Virus record (IMG/VR): IMGVR_UViG_3300020699_000011
Span: 1 to 28,062 of that record
DNA from: a virus
Lineage: Duplodnaviria > Caudoviricetes
Length of the DNA stretch: 28,062 nucleotides
Direction: 5' to 3' (one strand)
The translations under genes and the position numbers were made by a program. Below, piece after piece: positions 16,588 to 25,638 of the stretch (position 1 is its first letter; every line of letters starts with the position of its first letter). The notes under the pieces are model-generated. The model did no database searches and was not told where the DNA came from. It saw only the letters and a list, made by a program, of their open reading frames with translations.

Positions 16588-16910
16588 TGCCATGCACCTT
16601 GTATATAAGTAGTTCCATCATTATAAGTAGCTAAATTAGTTCTAGCAGTAATAACAATATTATCCATCATAATCATACCGTCTGAAGATGTTTGAAAAGT
16701 ATACAGCACATCAGGAGAGTCTGCAGCAACTGTAGGGTCTGTATTTGAGTTTATTTGGTCATTAAGTGCGCCAATTGCATCAGCAATTGTGTACGCTCTT
16801 TGGCCAGTTGCTGGAGTGTAGTACTGAACTGGAGAGTTTGGTTGCAATGCTGTAAAACCAGATGTTGAAAATGAAAGTGACAAAGAAGCATTTATTGAAA
16901 TTATAGCCAT
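16584..16910 (-). CDS. Hypothetical tail-associated protein (108 aa)
   Basis: Coupled to both neighbours (TAATG and ATGA); no recognisable motif. Confidence 0.7.
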   Translation of the reverse strand: MAIISINASLSLSFSTSGFTALQPNSPVQYYTPATGQRAYTIADAIGALNDQINSNTDPTVAADSPDVLYTFQTSSDGMIMMDNIVITARTNLATYNDGTTYIQGAWQ

Positions 16911-18436
16911 TAGTGCAGCACTCTAATCCCTGTCACAGAGCATTTTCTGTACCCACCTTGAGTAACATTTATTGTTTGTTGAGTAATCATGTATTGAGCG
17001 TATAAACCTGGAGCAAAGTTTCTTTGCGAGTCAAGAAGAAGACTGCTATCTAATATAAATAGTTGACCTGCTCTCCAAAGTCCAATCCATTCTTCATTTG
17101 TTGTAAAAACAATTTTTTCTTGCGGGTGACCGTATTCTGCAAGTTCTCTTGTTGCTCTTTGATATGCTCCAGCAGTAGTACTAATTGATTGCTGGTTGAC
17201 AACAATTGCAAATATGCCTTTATTGAGCCCTCCAATTGCATTCTGGGACTGCTTTAAATCTGCTTGTGCGGTAATAGTTGAACGATATCTATACCACAAA
17301 TGAATCACAGAACCAGTGGTTGGAATTGTGCCATAATTAGGCGTAACTTTTAAAGACCAAGTTCCATCGTTATTTTGAGCAATTGTCCATTTATCTGTGA
17401 CTGGAGTTATTCCATCAAAAATAGATATACTTTGTTGCACGCCATTAACAGTGATTGCTGGAAGAACTGTCTTTTTTAGAGTTTGAGTTGTGACTGCTCT
17501 TGCTGAAGTATCTGGAACATAAGAAAGACGCCAATTTGAAGTTTGACCGTCTCCAACATAAGAATTAGTAGGCGGTTTCTTTAAAGTTGTTGAGTGAGTA
17601 ATTGAACCGCCAACAACAAGTGCTCGATTGTAGAGAGAACTACCGTCAAATTCGTATTGAAGTCCTGCTCCTTGGTCTATGTGACATTCGTAATAAGAAA
17701 GATATCCTTCAACAGTAGGCTTGTCTGTGACAACAACTCCAGAATCATATGCTTGTTGCTGGTCGTAATAATGAAGATTTAATTGACTATCTACATACCA
17801 ACCGTAAGCACTTTGAGAAGAAGCCATTTTTGATACTTTTTGAAGAGCAGAAGTCAAGTTTTGATAATGAATAACAGTACGTGGAAGAATAGGTCCAGGT
17901 TCAACAAATCCTCCATCGCTAACAAGAGATGCGTTAATTCCACAATTTGCTTTTTTAACTAAATCAACAACTGCATTTCCCATTGAAATACCTTCAAATG
18001 TTCCTTGAACAATTGCAGCATTAGCATATCCACTAAAGTCTACACAACTTAAAGTCCATTCTGCTTCTGTAGGAGAGTTTATGTAAAGTGTTTGCGTCTG
18101 AACATATCCATAAAAAAGAGTAGCATTATCATCAGCATCTTGAGGAAGTGCTCCTTGACCAAGATAATAATTGTACGCAGTTTGGTCAAAAAGTTTTACT
18201 ACTGAAAACGATGGAAAAACAAAACTTGGAGAAACTTTTAAGTTTGGTGGAACTCCGGTTGAATAGTTTGCATCAACAATAGAAATTGTAGCCGTGTCGC
18301 CTTGACGACCAAAGTTTTGTGATACTGATATGCCATTTTTTCCACCTTGATATGCAAGATAGTGTCCATAATCAACTGTTGCGCTGTTAGGAGGTGTGAT
18401 AAAACACGAAAGCTGCGGAGCAAGAGTGGCAGTCAT
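16910..18436 (-). CDS. Baseplate hub/tail tip protein (508 aa)
   Basis: Directly follows the tape measure gene; LFYGYV, LSCVD, WYVDSQLNLHY, YNRALVVGG, WRAGQLF motifs typical of hub (gp27/gpD/Tal-like) proteins. Confidence 0.72.
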   Translation of the reverse strand: MTATLAPQLSCFITPPNSATVDYGHYLAYQGGKNGISVSQNFGRQGDTATISIVDANYSTGVPPNLKVSPSFVFPSFSVVKLFDQTAYNYYLGQGALPQDADDNATLFYGYVQTQTLYINSPTEAEWTLSCVDFSGYANAAIVQGTFEGISMGNAVVDLVKKANCGINASLVSDGGFVEPGPILPRTVIHYQNLTSALQKVSKMASSQSAYGWYVDSQLNLHYYDQQQAYDSGVVVTDKPTVEGYLSYYECHIDQGAGLQYEFDGSSLYNRALVVGGSITHSTTLKKPPTNSYVGDGQTSNWRLSYVPDTSARAVTTQTLKKTVLPAITVNGVQQSISIFDGITPVTDKWTIAQNNDGTWSLKVTPNYGTIPTTGSVIHLWYRYRSTITAQADLKQSQNAIGGLNKGIFAIVVNQQSISTTAGAYQRATRELAEYGHPQEKIVFTTNEEWIGLWRAGQLFILDSSLLLDSQRNFAPGLYAQYMITQQTINVTQGGYRKCSVTGIRVLH

Positions 18437-21375
18437 TAGTGTGTAAGAACTACACCAGCCTGTGGAAGTACCGTAGAATTAAGGTGCTTACCAAGAGCAT
18501 TTGAGAAGTCGTTAAGAGAACCGTACACTGCTCCACTTACATTGACATTTACAATAGTTGTTCCGCCTTTTGAACCGCCAGTGCTTGAATATACTGGAGA
18601 AACTACTTTTTTATTTGTAAGATTTTTCATTTGGTTTGGAGTAAGAACAGTTTCTCCAGCTTGAAGAAGCGCTGGCACTTCTTGTCCAGGGTACCCTTGC
18701 ACAACTCCACCTGTGTGGAAAGGCCATAGTTTTCCTACAAAATTGACAACCGTATTTAATCCAGGTATTTTATTTAAGACTGTCTTAAATGCATCCCAAA
18801 CTTTTGATGCTGCATTTGTTATTCCTTTTGCAATACTTTCAATAATGTTAGTTCCAAAAGAAACCATGTCGCTTAATACTCCGCCTAGAAAGCTAAGAAT
18901 TTTTGAACCAAGCGAGCCAAAGAAACTAAGAATTTTACCAAGTGCGCTAAGCACCGTCCCAACTGCTTTTTCAACAGAAGGACCGATGGCTTCCCAAATC
19001 TTTTTCCATACTTCCCAAAGAAGTGTAATTCCTGCAACAATAAGTGCAATTGTAGCAATAAGTGGTAATAAAAGAATTCCAAGTGCAACCATTGCAATTT
19101 TCACAACTGCAACAATTAAATCAAAAATAGGCTTAAGAAGCTTCCATGCATCATCCCATATTTTTACAAAGAAATCTGCAACGTCTTTTGCAACTGTTTT
19201 AATTACTCCCCAAACAGTTGTCCAGTGTTTTACTAATTCGTACACTGCAAGTACTACGAGTGCTATAACGGCAATCACTGCAAGAATTGGCCAAGTAACA
19301 GCCCAAATAGATGCGGCAAGTCCTACATTTGCAGTTTCTGCTGCTCCAGCAGCAATTGTTTCTCCTCCAAGCGCAGTATCTACAATAGCAGTGTTTGCCG
19401 CCATAGTATCTTGTGCAACCTCTACTTCTCCGTTAGAAACAACAAGAGCTTCATTCATTGAAATCTGCTCAGTTATTTTTCCAATAACTTTTCTGACTCC
19501 GTCAGAAACTGCTTTAAAGCCATCTCCTAAATTCTTAAATGCAGTTGTTGTTGCTCCTACTACTTTATTGCCAGCCCACATTATAGTTACAAAAAGACCA
19601 ATACCTCCAACAACTTCCATAACAACTTTTACTAAATCTTTGTTTTTCCCAACAAAATCAGCAACTGGCTTTAAGACAGCGGCAATGCTTCCAACAATTT
19701 TTTCCATAATTGGAAGAAACGCATTTCCAAGTTCAATGCGCACCGCAGTAATTGCATTATGCATTTTTGTCATTGAAGCTTCGTAAGTACTATTAGCTTT
19801 TCTAGCAGCTTCTTGAATTGCTTTTTGATTTTCAATTGATTTAGCTGCTTTGTCGTACCCGGCGCCTCCAGCAAGAATTGTTGGAAGAAGAGCTTTTGCT
19901 TGAGTACCGAAAAGAATTGTTGCAATACGAAGTTGGTCAGACTGGTTTTTCATTGCAGCAAGTTTTGGCCCTACTTGTTCAATAACTCCTTTAATGCCGA
20001 CAAACTTTCCACTTGAGTCAAACAGTTTTACATTTAATTGCGCTAATTCATTTTGTACAGGAGTGAGTTTTAATGCATTAAGTGTTTTTACGGACTCACC
20101 ACTTTGAGTAATAAGTGTTTTAATTGACTTTAAGTATCCTGCGTATGCAGGACTGGTCTTAGAATATGATTTTATTTGCGCATCAAATGCTGCTGCACTC
20201 ATACTACCGTGAGTATATGCAGTAGCCATTGCTTGTAATGAAGATGGAAGTGACTTAATAGCGTTATTGATTTCTCCTACTGTTGGCACCGTCGCTCTAC
20301 CTGTTTTTAGCAATGTGTTAAGCATACTATTAAGAGCTTGCGATGACCTCTTTGGGTTCATTCCATGCTCAGTCATGTCTAGCATCAAAGAAGTTGTATC
20401 TTTAATGCTTGGAGCAAGAATTCCTAATTGACCCTTCATACGAGTTATCTGTTGTGTGACCGCAGACATTCCTTGACCAGTAAGACGGCCTACGTTATAA
20501 AGTTCGCTTTCAGCAGTGGCAGCATCTTTCACATTTAATTGATACTGTTGCATAATTTTTGCAAGGTTAGTTGTGACCGTTGCAAGAGGCTGCCCAGATG
20601 CTGCTGCGCCTTCAGCAGCAACTTTCATAAAATCTACGGCGTCTTTAGCAGTTAGTGTGTGTTTTGTAAGTGTACTTAATTGACCAGCAACGGAACCGTA
20701 AGAACTTGCAATTGTTTGAGCACTAAAAATAGAACTTTCTGACATGTTCAAGAAAGATTGACCTATTTTGTCTGCCGCTTCCATTGGAAGATTAGCACTA
20801 TTAGCAATTTTAATTACAGATTGTTGGTATTCTGCCGCTGCTTTTGCTGATTCATAACCAATACCAATAATTGCAGCAGTAACAATTGCTGCTTTTGGAC
20901 CAATTGAGTTTAATTTATCTACAGTTGATGTTCCTCCACCTACGCCTTCTGCTTGCGCTTGTAAGTTTAATGCATCGGTGTGGACTTTTGTGGCAGCAGC
21001 GGCATCAAGTTCTGCTTTGTTAACCATTTGAAGAGTAGCCATGTACTCTTTAGACACAGCAATTTGCGCTTCTTTAGCTGCTATGTCGCCTTGTGATGCT
21101 TGCTCTGAAATTGTTTTGAACTCTGCAGTTACTGTATTAAGACGTTCTTGAGCAGTAATAAGTTCTTGTTGTTGTACATTTGCAAGTCCTCCAGCTATTT
21201 CAACATCATTAAGCGCCGTCGTCATAATTGTTCCGGATTGTTCCGCCGCATCTCCGGCAAGACCAAAATAATTACGAAGTTTTTGTATTTGCTCGTTTGC
21301 AAGACCGAACTGCTCTACAATGTTTTGAGTTGCTTCAATACCAAGAAGAAGTGTGAGGTCTTTAGTTAATGCCAC
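18436..21375 (-). CDS. Tail tape measure protein (979 aa)
   Basis: Long Ala-rich helical protein, TP901-like core (LFDSSGKFVG, LFGTQA), hydrophobic segments, W/F-periodic repeats and C-terminal FHTGG...EVPALLQAGETVL; follows the chaperone pair. Confidence 0.95.
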   Translation of the reverse strand: MALTKDLTLLLGIEATQNIVEQFGLANEQIQKLRNYFGLAGDAAEQSGTIMTTALNDVEIAGGLANVQQQELITAQERLNTVTAEFKTISEQASQGDIAAKEAQIAVSKEYMATLQMVNKAELDAAAATKVHTDALNLQAQAEGVGGGTSTVDKLNSIGPKAAIVTAAIIGIGYESAKAAAEYQQSVIKIANSANLPMEAADKIGQSFLNMSESSIFSAQTIASSYGSVAGQLSTLTKHTLTAKDAVDFMKVAAEGAAASGQPLATVTTNLAKIMQQYQLNVKDAATAESELYNVGRLTGQGMSAVTQQITRMKGQLGILAPSIKDTTSLMLDMTEHGMNPKRSSQALNSMLNTLLKTGRATVPTVGEINNAIKSLPSSLQAMATAYTHGSMSAAAFDAQIKSYSKTSPAYAGYLKSIKTLITQSGESVKTLNALKLTPVQNELAQLNVKLFDSSGKFVGIKGVIEQVGPKLAAMKNQSDQLRIATILFGTQAKALLPTILAGGAGYDKAAKSIENQKAIQEAARKANSTYEASMTKMHNAITAVRIELGNAFLPIMEKIVGSIAAVLKPVADFVGKNKDLVKVVMEVVGGIGLFVTIMWAGNKVVGATTTAFKNLGDGFKAVSDGVRKVIGKITEQISMNEALVVSNGEVEVAQDTMAANTAIVDTALGGETIAAGAAETANVGLAASIWAVTWPILAVIAVIALVVLAVYELVKHWTTVWGVIKTVAKDVADFFVKIWDDAWKLLKPIFDLIVAVVKIAMVALGILLLPLIATIALIVAGITLLWEVWKKIWEAIGPSVEKAVGTVLSALGKILSFFGSLGSKILSFLGGVLSDMVSFGTNIIESIAKGITNAASKVWDAFKTVLNKIPGLNTVVNFVGKLWPFHTGGVVQGYPGQEVPALLQAGETVLTPNQMKNLTNKKVVSPVYSSTGGSKGGTTIVNVNVSGAVYGSLNDFSNALGKHLNSTVLPQAGVVLTH

Positions 21376-21377
21376 TC

Positions 21378-21620
21378 TTAGTACCTTTGCTTGCCTTTGT
21401 TAAGTTCAGCGTCCTGCTTGGCGCGCTGCCTATTTTCTTCATTGGCAATCACATTTATAATTGTAATATAGTCTTGAACTTCTTTAAGCGGTCTTAGCTT
21501 TAATGTTTCAAAGTTAAGACCTACGCGCTCATAGAGCGCATTTTCAATTAGAAACTTCTGTAGAGACGGATGCTCCGCCGAGACTTTCATTCCCATTATC
21601 GCGGCTCTCACCGCCGTCAC
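21378..21620 (-). CDS. Tail assembly chaperone frameshift extension (gpT-like, 80 aa in the +1 frame)
   Basis: Overlaps the 3' end of the upstream chaperone in the +1 frame and ends 2 nt before the tape measure start; classic G/GT position. Confidence 0.7.
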   Translation of the reverse strand: MTAVRAAIMGMKVSAEHPSLQKFLIENALYERVGLNFETLKLRPLKEVQDYITIINVIANEENRQRAKQDAELNKGKQRY

Positions 21621-21993
21621 GAAATTGAATCTCATCTTCTCCAGAACGAGGCTTAGAAGCTTCGTTAATTCTTTCATAGATGTCAATAAAAACTGCCTGT
21701 GGAAGGCGACTAATTGAATTGTGCTTTAATTTGGCTGGTGTAAGTGGTAAGTCATTTCCTTCTTCATCAGTAAGATTCCAATCAACAATTGCACGGTAAA
21801 CTAGTTCGTTTTGATACGCAATAGTGTCTGGTTCTGCTGTAAGATTATTGCCACTCATTGACATTTTACCAAGAAGTGCTCTTTGAGCTGCTTCATAGTC
21901 CTCTGCCGTAAGTGATGTTTTTATGTCAATCCAAAATCCTTTTGCGACAATTATTCGCTCAGGTTCGTTGAACAGTGATAAAAATCCTGCCAT
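21544..21993 (-). CDS. Tail assembly chaperone (gpG-like, 149 aa)
   Basis: Between tail tube and tape measure; AIVDWNLTDEEGNDLP motif; GAGGA upstream. Confidence 0.85.
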   Translation of the reverse strand: MAGFLSLFNEPERIIVAKGFWIDIKTSLTAEDYEAAQRALLGKMSMSGNNLTAEPDTIAYQNELVYRAIVDWNLTDEEGNDLPLTPAKLKHNSISRLPQAVFIDIYERINEASKPRSGEDEIQFRDGGESRDNGNESLGGASVSTEVSN

Positions 21994-22027
21994 ATAAATC
22001 TTCCTCTATCTTGTTGTCGGTTGTGTC

Positions 22028-23002
22028 CTAGTATGCTGTTGAAACGAGATTAGTAACTGTTGCGCCAATACTAGCAGTAGCAGTTGCCAAGTCGTATGAT
22101 GCTTCAAAGTCAAGAGTAGACATAACAACGTTATCCATTTTGATGTCATCTGCATACTTTGAAAGGTTAATTTGTGGCAATGTAATAGTCATTGCTTGGC
22201 CGCTTGGGTGAGTAAATGAAACATTAAGTGAACCTTGAGTTCCATTCATTAACTTAGTGTAGTAACCCCAGTCAGTGTCATCCAAACTATCAAATACAAC
22301 TTGAATTTGACCAGTAACTTTACGAGTTAAAGGAGTTAAAAATTGCAAATCGTGTGAACCATTAAATGTATATGTAGGTTTTAGACCGTTTTCAATATCA
22401 ATGCTTACACTTGTAACTTGAATCAAATTAGTGTTTCCAAAAACAGAAAGTTCTGCTTCAGCAAATACAAAAGGAGATTCATTAACTACAGAAATTGGGC
22501 TACTTGGCGTGTCAAGTACTGTTGCACTTTTAGAAACAAGAGATGCTGTGAATTCAACAGCATTGTCTCCAGCAGAAGCTTTAACGTTGTATTTTCCAAC
22601 TTTAGAACCAGCAAATTGCAATGACTGGTACCCACCAATGTTCTTTTCAACAGTCATTGAATTCAAAGAATTTGCAGCAGCAATAGTGTGAAGATACTTT
22701 CCACCACCTGCACTTGTAACAGTGTCACTACCAATTGCAGCAACAAATAGCTCTAAACCATTTGTTGGAAAGAAAGGAGCGCTAACGTCTCCAGCATGCT
22801 TGTATTCTCCATACAATGCAAAAACATTTACATCTCGAATACCCATAACAACTTGAGGGAAGAATAGACCTGGGTCAGACTCAAGTGTTACATCTGTGAA
22901 TGGGACAAATGATGTAGGAGTTACCGGAGTACCGAATGTGGTCTCTTTAGCAATTCCTACGGCGGATAGGGAACCGTACTTTTCTACAATCGGTGTGGTC
23001 AA
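22028..23002 (-). CDS. Major tail tube protein (324 aa)
   Basis: VGIAKETTFGTP, SMTVEK, SIDIENGL, RKVTGQI motifs of siphoviral tube proteins; TTG start after GAGG-TTT. Confidence 0.88.
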   Translation of the reverse strand: MTTPIVEKYGSLSAVGIAKETTFGTPVTPTSFVPFTDVTLESDPGLFFPQVVMGIRDVNVFALYGEYKHAGDVSAPFFPTNGLELFVAAIGSDTVTSAGGGKYLHTIAAANSLNSMTVEKNIGGYQSLQFAGSKVGKYNVKASAGDNAVEFTASLVSKSATVLDTPSSPISVVNESPFVFAEAELSVFGNTNLIQVTSVSIDIENGLKPTYTFNGSHDLQFLTPLTRKVTGQIQVVFDSLDDTDWGYYTKLMNGTQGSLNVSFTHPSGQAMTITLPQINLSKYADDIKMDNVVMSTLDFEASYDLATATASIGATVTNLVSTAY

Positions 23003-23015
23003 AAACCTCTCTTAA

Positions 23016-23282
23016 TTAGTTAGTTGGTGCATCAGAAGAGTCTGTTTTGACTTCTTCATTTGGCGTCGTTGTTGGTGAGTCCTCGACTTTAGCGGTCGGC
23101 GCTTTTGAAGCTTTTGGAGCTTCTTTAGCTTGCTGACCGCTTACGCTCTCATATTGGTCAGGAAATGCAGTGAGAAGACGTTTTGCAAACTCATCGGTGA
23201 CATCAATAATTGTGCCTGTGACAAGAGGAGCTACGTCAATCAAAGTCTTTTCAATAAGTCCAATGTATTTAAGTTGAGCCAT
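23016..23282 (-). CDS. Hypothetical protein (88 aa) with a low-complexity C-terminal tail
   Basis: Fills the gap between neck and tube genes; TAATAT 7 nt before the ATG. Confidence 0.75.
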   Translation of the reverse strand: MAQLKYIGLIEKTLIDVAPLVTGTIIDVTDEFAKRLLTAFPDQYESVSGQQAKEAPKASKAPTAKVEDSPTTTPNEEVKTDSSDAPTN

Positions 23283-23297
23283 AGAGTAGATATTATC

Positions 23298-23759
23298 CTA
23301 ATCAGAAGTTGAAACTATAGTCATAGACTTACCAAATGCTTCTAAGACTAATGGTCGTATTTTTATTGCAACTTTTTTATTGAAATCATTACCTTTTGTG
23401 TCTCCACGAACAACAGAAGAAGCAAAAACATAGTCTCCAAAGCCGTTCCTAAATCGCAATGCAAGAGTTTTTTGCGGAGTGATAACTGTACCGCCAGTTG
23501 TAGGTTCAAGCACATACTTAGCATATGGCGCTGTAGAAACAAACTTTACTTTTACTGCACCAGTTAAAGGTTCAATTCTGTATCCTATTGAAGCTCTAAA
23601 CCTTCCAGCATCTGGTTTTACATTACTAACTGGAGCATCTTTTTTAAGTTCCATAAGAACAATTGGAATGATTGTTGCCATTGCTCTTCTTTGAGTGGCC
23701 ACCCAGTCAAACTCAAGTTTTTCTAGACCTCTAACTTTTGTAATAAAAGAACGTCTCAT
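23298..23759 (-). CDS. HK97 gp10-like neck/tail completion protein (153 aa)
   Basis: Basic protein with APV...GRFRASI...TAPYAKYV...ITP...ALRF pattern; synteny. Confidence 0.75.
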   Translation of the reverse strand: MRRSFITKVRGLEKLEFDWVATQRRAMATIIPIVLMELKKDAPVSNVKPDAGRFRASIGYRIEPLTGAVKVKFVSTAPYAKYVLEPTTGGTVITPQKTLALRFRNGFGDYVFASSVVRGDTKGNDFNKKVAIKIRPLVLEAFGKSMTIVSTSD

Positions 23760-24238
23760 TACGGTATTGACATTTCTTCAATTGTGAATTCAAGAAGAGC
23801 TTCGTATAAATACAATCTTTGGTCTGCAAGAACATGTGCAGGCGATTGTTGAATAGTAAATTGCTCACCAATTGCAACAAGTTGAGATTGTTCCCCAGTA
23901 AATGCATCTGTGACAGTAATTGGCATAGGAGTAGTAACCCATGCGTTAACCACAGCATCAATTAAACTTGCAAATGCGGAGTCAGCATTTGGGTTGTTTG
24001 CATTATCTGGACTCATAAGCCAAACACTTACTATCCATGAAGTGTTTCTAAATCCAGTACCACGTTTAGCAGTTTGACGTTTATTAGTTCCACTTGTGAC
24101 CCACACATAAGCAGCAGGCCCAGGAAGTTTTCCTGGATTTGGAGGAGTAATGTACGCAACCAAGTCTCTTCTATATAAGGGAGAAGAAATGCCATTTGTT
24201 ATTTCTTTTGCTTTTGTTTGGATTACATTTACACCCAT
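23759..24238 (-). CDS. Putative tail terminator/head-tail joining protein (159 aa)
   Basis: Size, position, LPGPAAYV motif and C-terminal beta strand (LLEFTIEE). Confidence 0.55.
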   Translation of the reverse strand: MGVNVIQTKAKEITNGISSPLYRRDLVAYITPPNPGKLPGPAAYVWVTSGTNKRQTAKRGTGFRNTSWIVSVWLMSPDNANNPNADSAFASLIDAVVNAWVTTPMPITVTDAFTGEQSQLVAIGEQFTIQQSPAHVLADQRLYLYEALLEFTIEEMSIP

Positions 24239-25149
24239 TAAATAACTCTTCTATATGGCTTAAGAATATCTTTTACATCTCCCATAACAACGCTAATAGA
24301 AGCTCCTTGATTTACAACACTTCCAGGCATGTTTTGTACTGTTGTAGCAGTAGAACCACGAGCTAAAGCTTGGTAAGTTGCATGAAGAATAGCTGCTTGC
24401 TGGACATCTTCTGGAAGAGAAGAAATAATAATTTGAGACTGCGAATTTCCATTGTGAGAGTACATAAGAGGTGAAGTAAGTGTTGCAACTCCAGGACCAC
24501 TTGAAACACTTGTAGACGCAATTTGCACATACTCAGTTTCGGCACCGTCGTAAATCCACATTCCTCTACCAACAGAGCCATTGACCATTCCAGTGCAGTC
24601 ATCAACAGTTACTGTTGTGTCTCCAATTGCAGCAGGTTGGACAATTCCAGCATGCGCCCAACCATTTGTATACGTAAGTTGAAGTCTAAATGCTTGGCGA
24701 CCTCCCCACCAAGATACATAGCCTGGAGTAATCATAATTGCAGAAGGACCGGCAGCAGACTCAATTGAAATGCCACTTGAAATTGTTAAAGCATTTTCAA
24801 CGTATAAAGCATTAACTGGAATTTGAGTCCAAGTAGGTCCAGCAGTAAGTGAAGAAGTATACTGAGCTCCTAAAACTTCTGTGACTGGCCATCGTGATGT
24901 AACAACTCGAGTAAGTCCATTGTTAGCAGTTGTGAACCTCCAGTTAGGGCCTAGAAATTCTTCTACGTCCACCGTAGCACGAAGTGGTTGGTTACAATAG
25001 GCATCAATCCAGTGGGTTGCTCTCCAACAAATATTTGTTTGTTCAGCAAGTTGCGCGTCTGGGTCAGAGTCAAAATCTGGAATAGTTTCCCATGAAATTC
25101 CAGTAGGAGCGTTCTTAAGGATTGTTGGTGTTATGTATGGCGTTGCCAC
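24238..25149 (-). CDS. Head-tail adaptor protein (303 aa) with an inserted beta domain
   Basis: PYIT...ATHWIDAYCNQPL...LTYTNGW...LPEDVQQAAI...ILKPYRRV is the gp6/gp15-like adaptor pattern; GGAG SD before GTG. Confidence 0.8.
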   Translation of the reverse strand: MATPYITPTILKNAPTGISWETIPDFDSDPDAQLAEQTNICWRATHWIDAYCNQPLRATVDVEEFLGPNWRFTTANNGLTRVVTSRWPVTEVLGAQYTSSLTAGPTWTQIPVNALYVENALTISSGISIESAAGPSAIMITPGYVSWWGGRQAFRLQLTYTNGWAHAGIVQPAAIGDTTVTVDDCTGMVNGSVGRGMWIYDGAETEYVQIASTSVSSGPGVATLTSPLMYSHNGNSQSQIIISSLPEDVQQAAILHATYQALARGSTATTVQNMPGSVVNQGASISVVMGDVKDILKPYRRVI

Positions 25150-25151
25150 TT

Positions 25152-25406
25152 CTACTCCGCGCTAGTTTGTTGTGTTAGTCGTGCGTCTTCATTCTTCTTA
25201 CATCTTGTGCACAACCAATTTTCAATAGCATGAGACCATCGAACATGCTTTTCACAAACAGCACCTCGACAATCGTCGCACCAACTTACTACAAATCTGC
25301 CCGGTTTAGAGCAGCGAACGCATTTTCTAGCTGGCTGACCCACGACGAGCTGTTGTCTTTGCTCCACCGCGGACTGCTGCGGCTGCTTCACGAGCAGATT
25401 CCGCAA
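25152..25406 (-). CDS. Small zinc-finger protein (CxxC-CxxC-CxxH-CxxC); start uncertain
   Basis: CVRC-x10-CDDC-x4-CEKH-x11-CTRC; its last codons carry the SD of the adaptor gene; 5' part overlaps the upstream gene in the +1 frame. Confidence 0.65.
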   Translation of the reverse strand: MRNLLVKQPQQSAVEQRQQLVVGQPARKCVRCSKPGRFVVSWCDDCRGAVCEKHVRWSHAIENWLCTRCKKNEDARLTQQTSAE

Positions 25407-25638
25407 CCTTTAGTTGCTCAAAACGAGCAATGTCTTTTCCAGCAAGTTCGGCATCTTGTTGCTCGTCATATGTCAATGGAACATTGCGAATATTATTTAC
25501 CCAACCCATTTTGATAAGTTCTGGCTCGCATACAACGCAACTAACGCTAATGTATGTTTCATTTTTTGTGCGTACATGTGAATGCCCAGCACCAGAAATT
25601 GTTACTATGTCAATGTCACTTTGTCCGTAGACTGTCAT
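25327..25638 (-). CDS. Hypothetical protein (103 aa) with HxH and CxxC motifs
   Basis: AGGAG SD, ATGA overlap with the upstream gene; GHSH...SCVVCEPEL. Confidence 0.8.
   Translation of the reverse strand: MTVYGQSDIDIVTISGAGHSHVRTKNETYISVSCVVCEPELIKMGWVNNIRNVPLTYDEQQDAELAGKDIARFEQLKVAESAREAAAAVRGGAKTTARRGSAS

Noticed and set aside
18713-19786. 357-aa plus-strand ORF
   Set aside because: Lies wholly antisense to the tape measure gene, mirrors its codon structure and shows no motif.
21621-21686. Independent start for the 102-aa ORF at 21686
   Set aside because: No SD and deep overlap with the chaperone gene; better explained as the frameshift partner.
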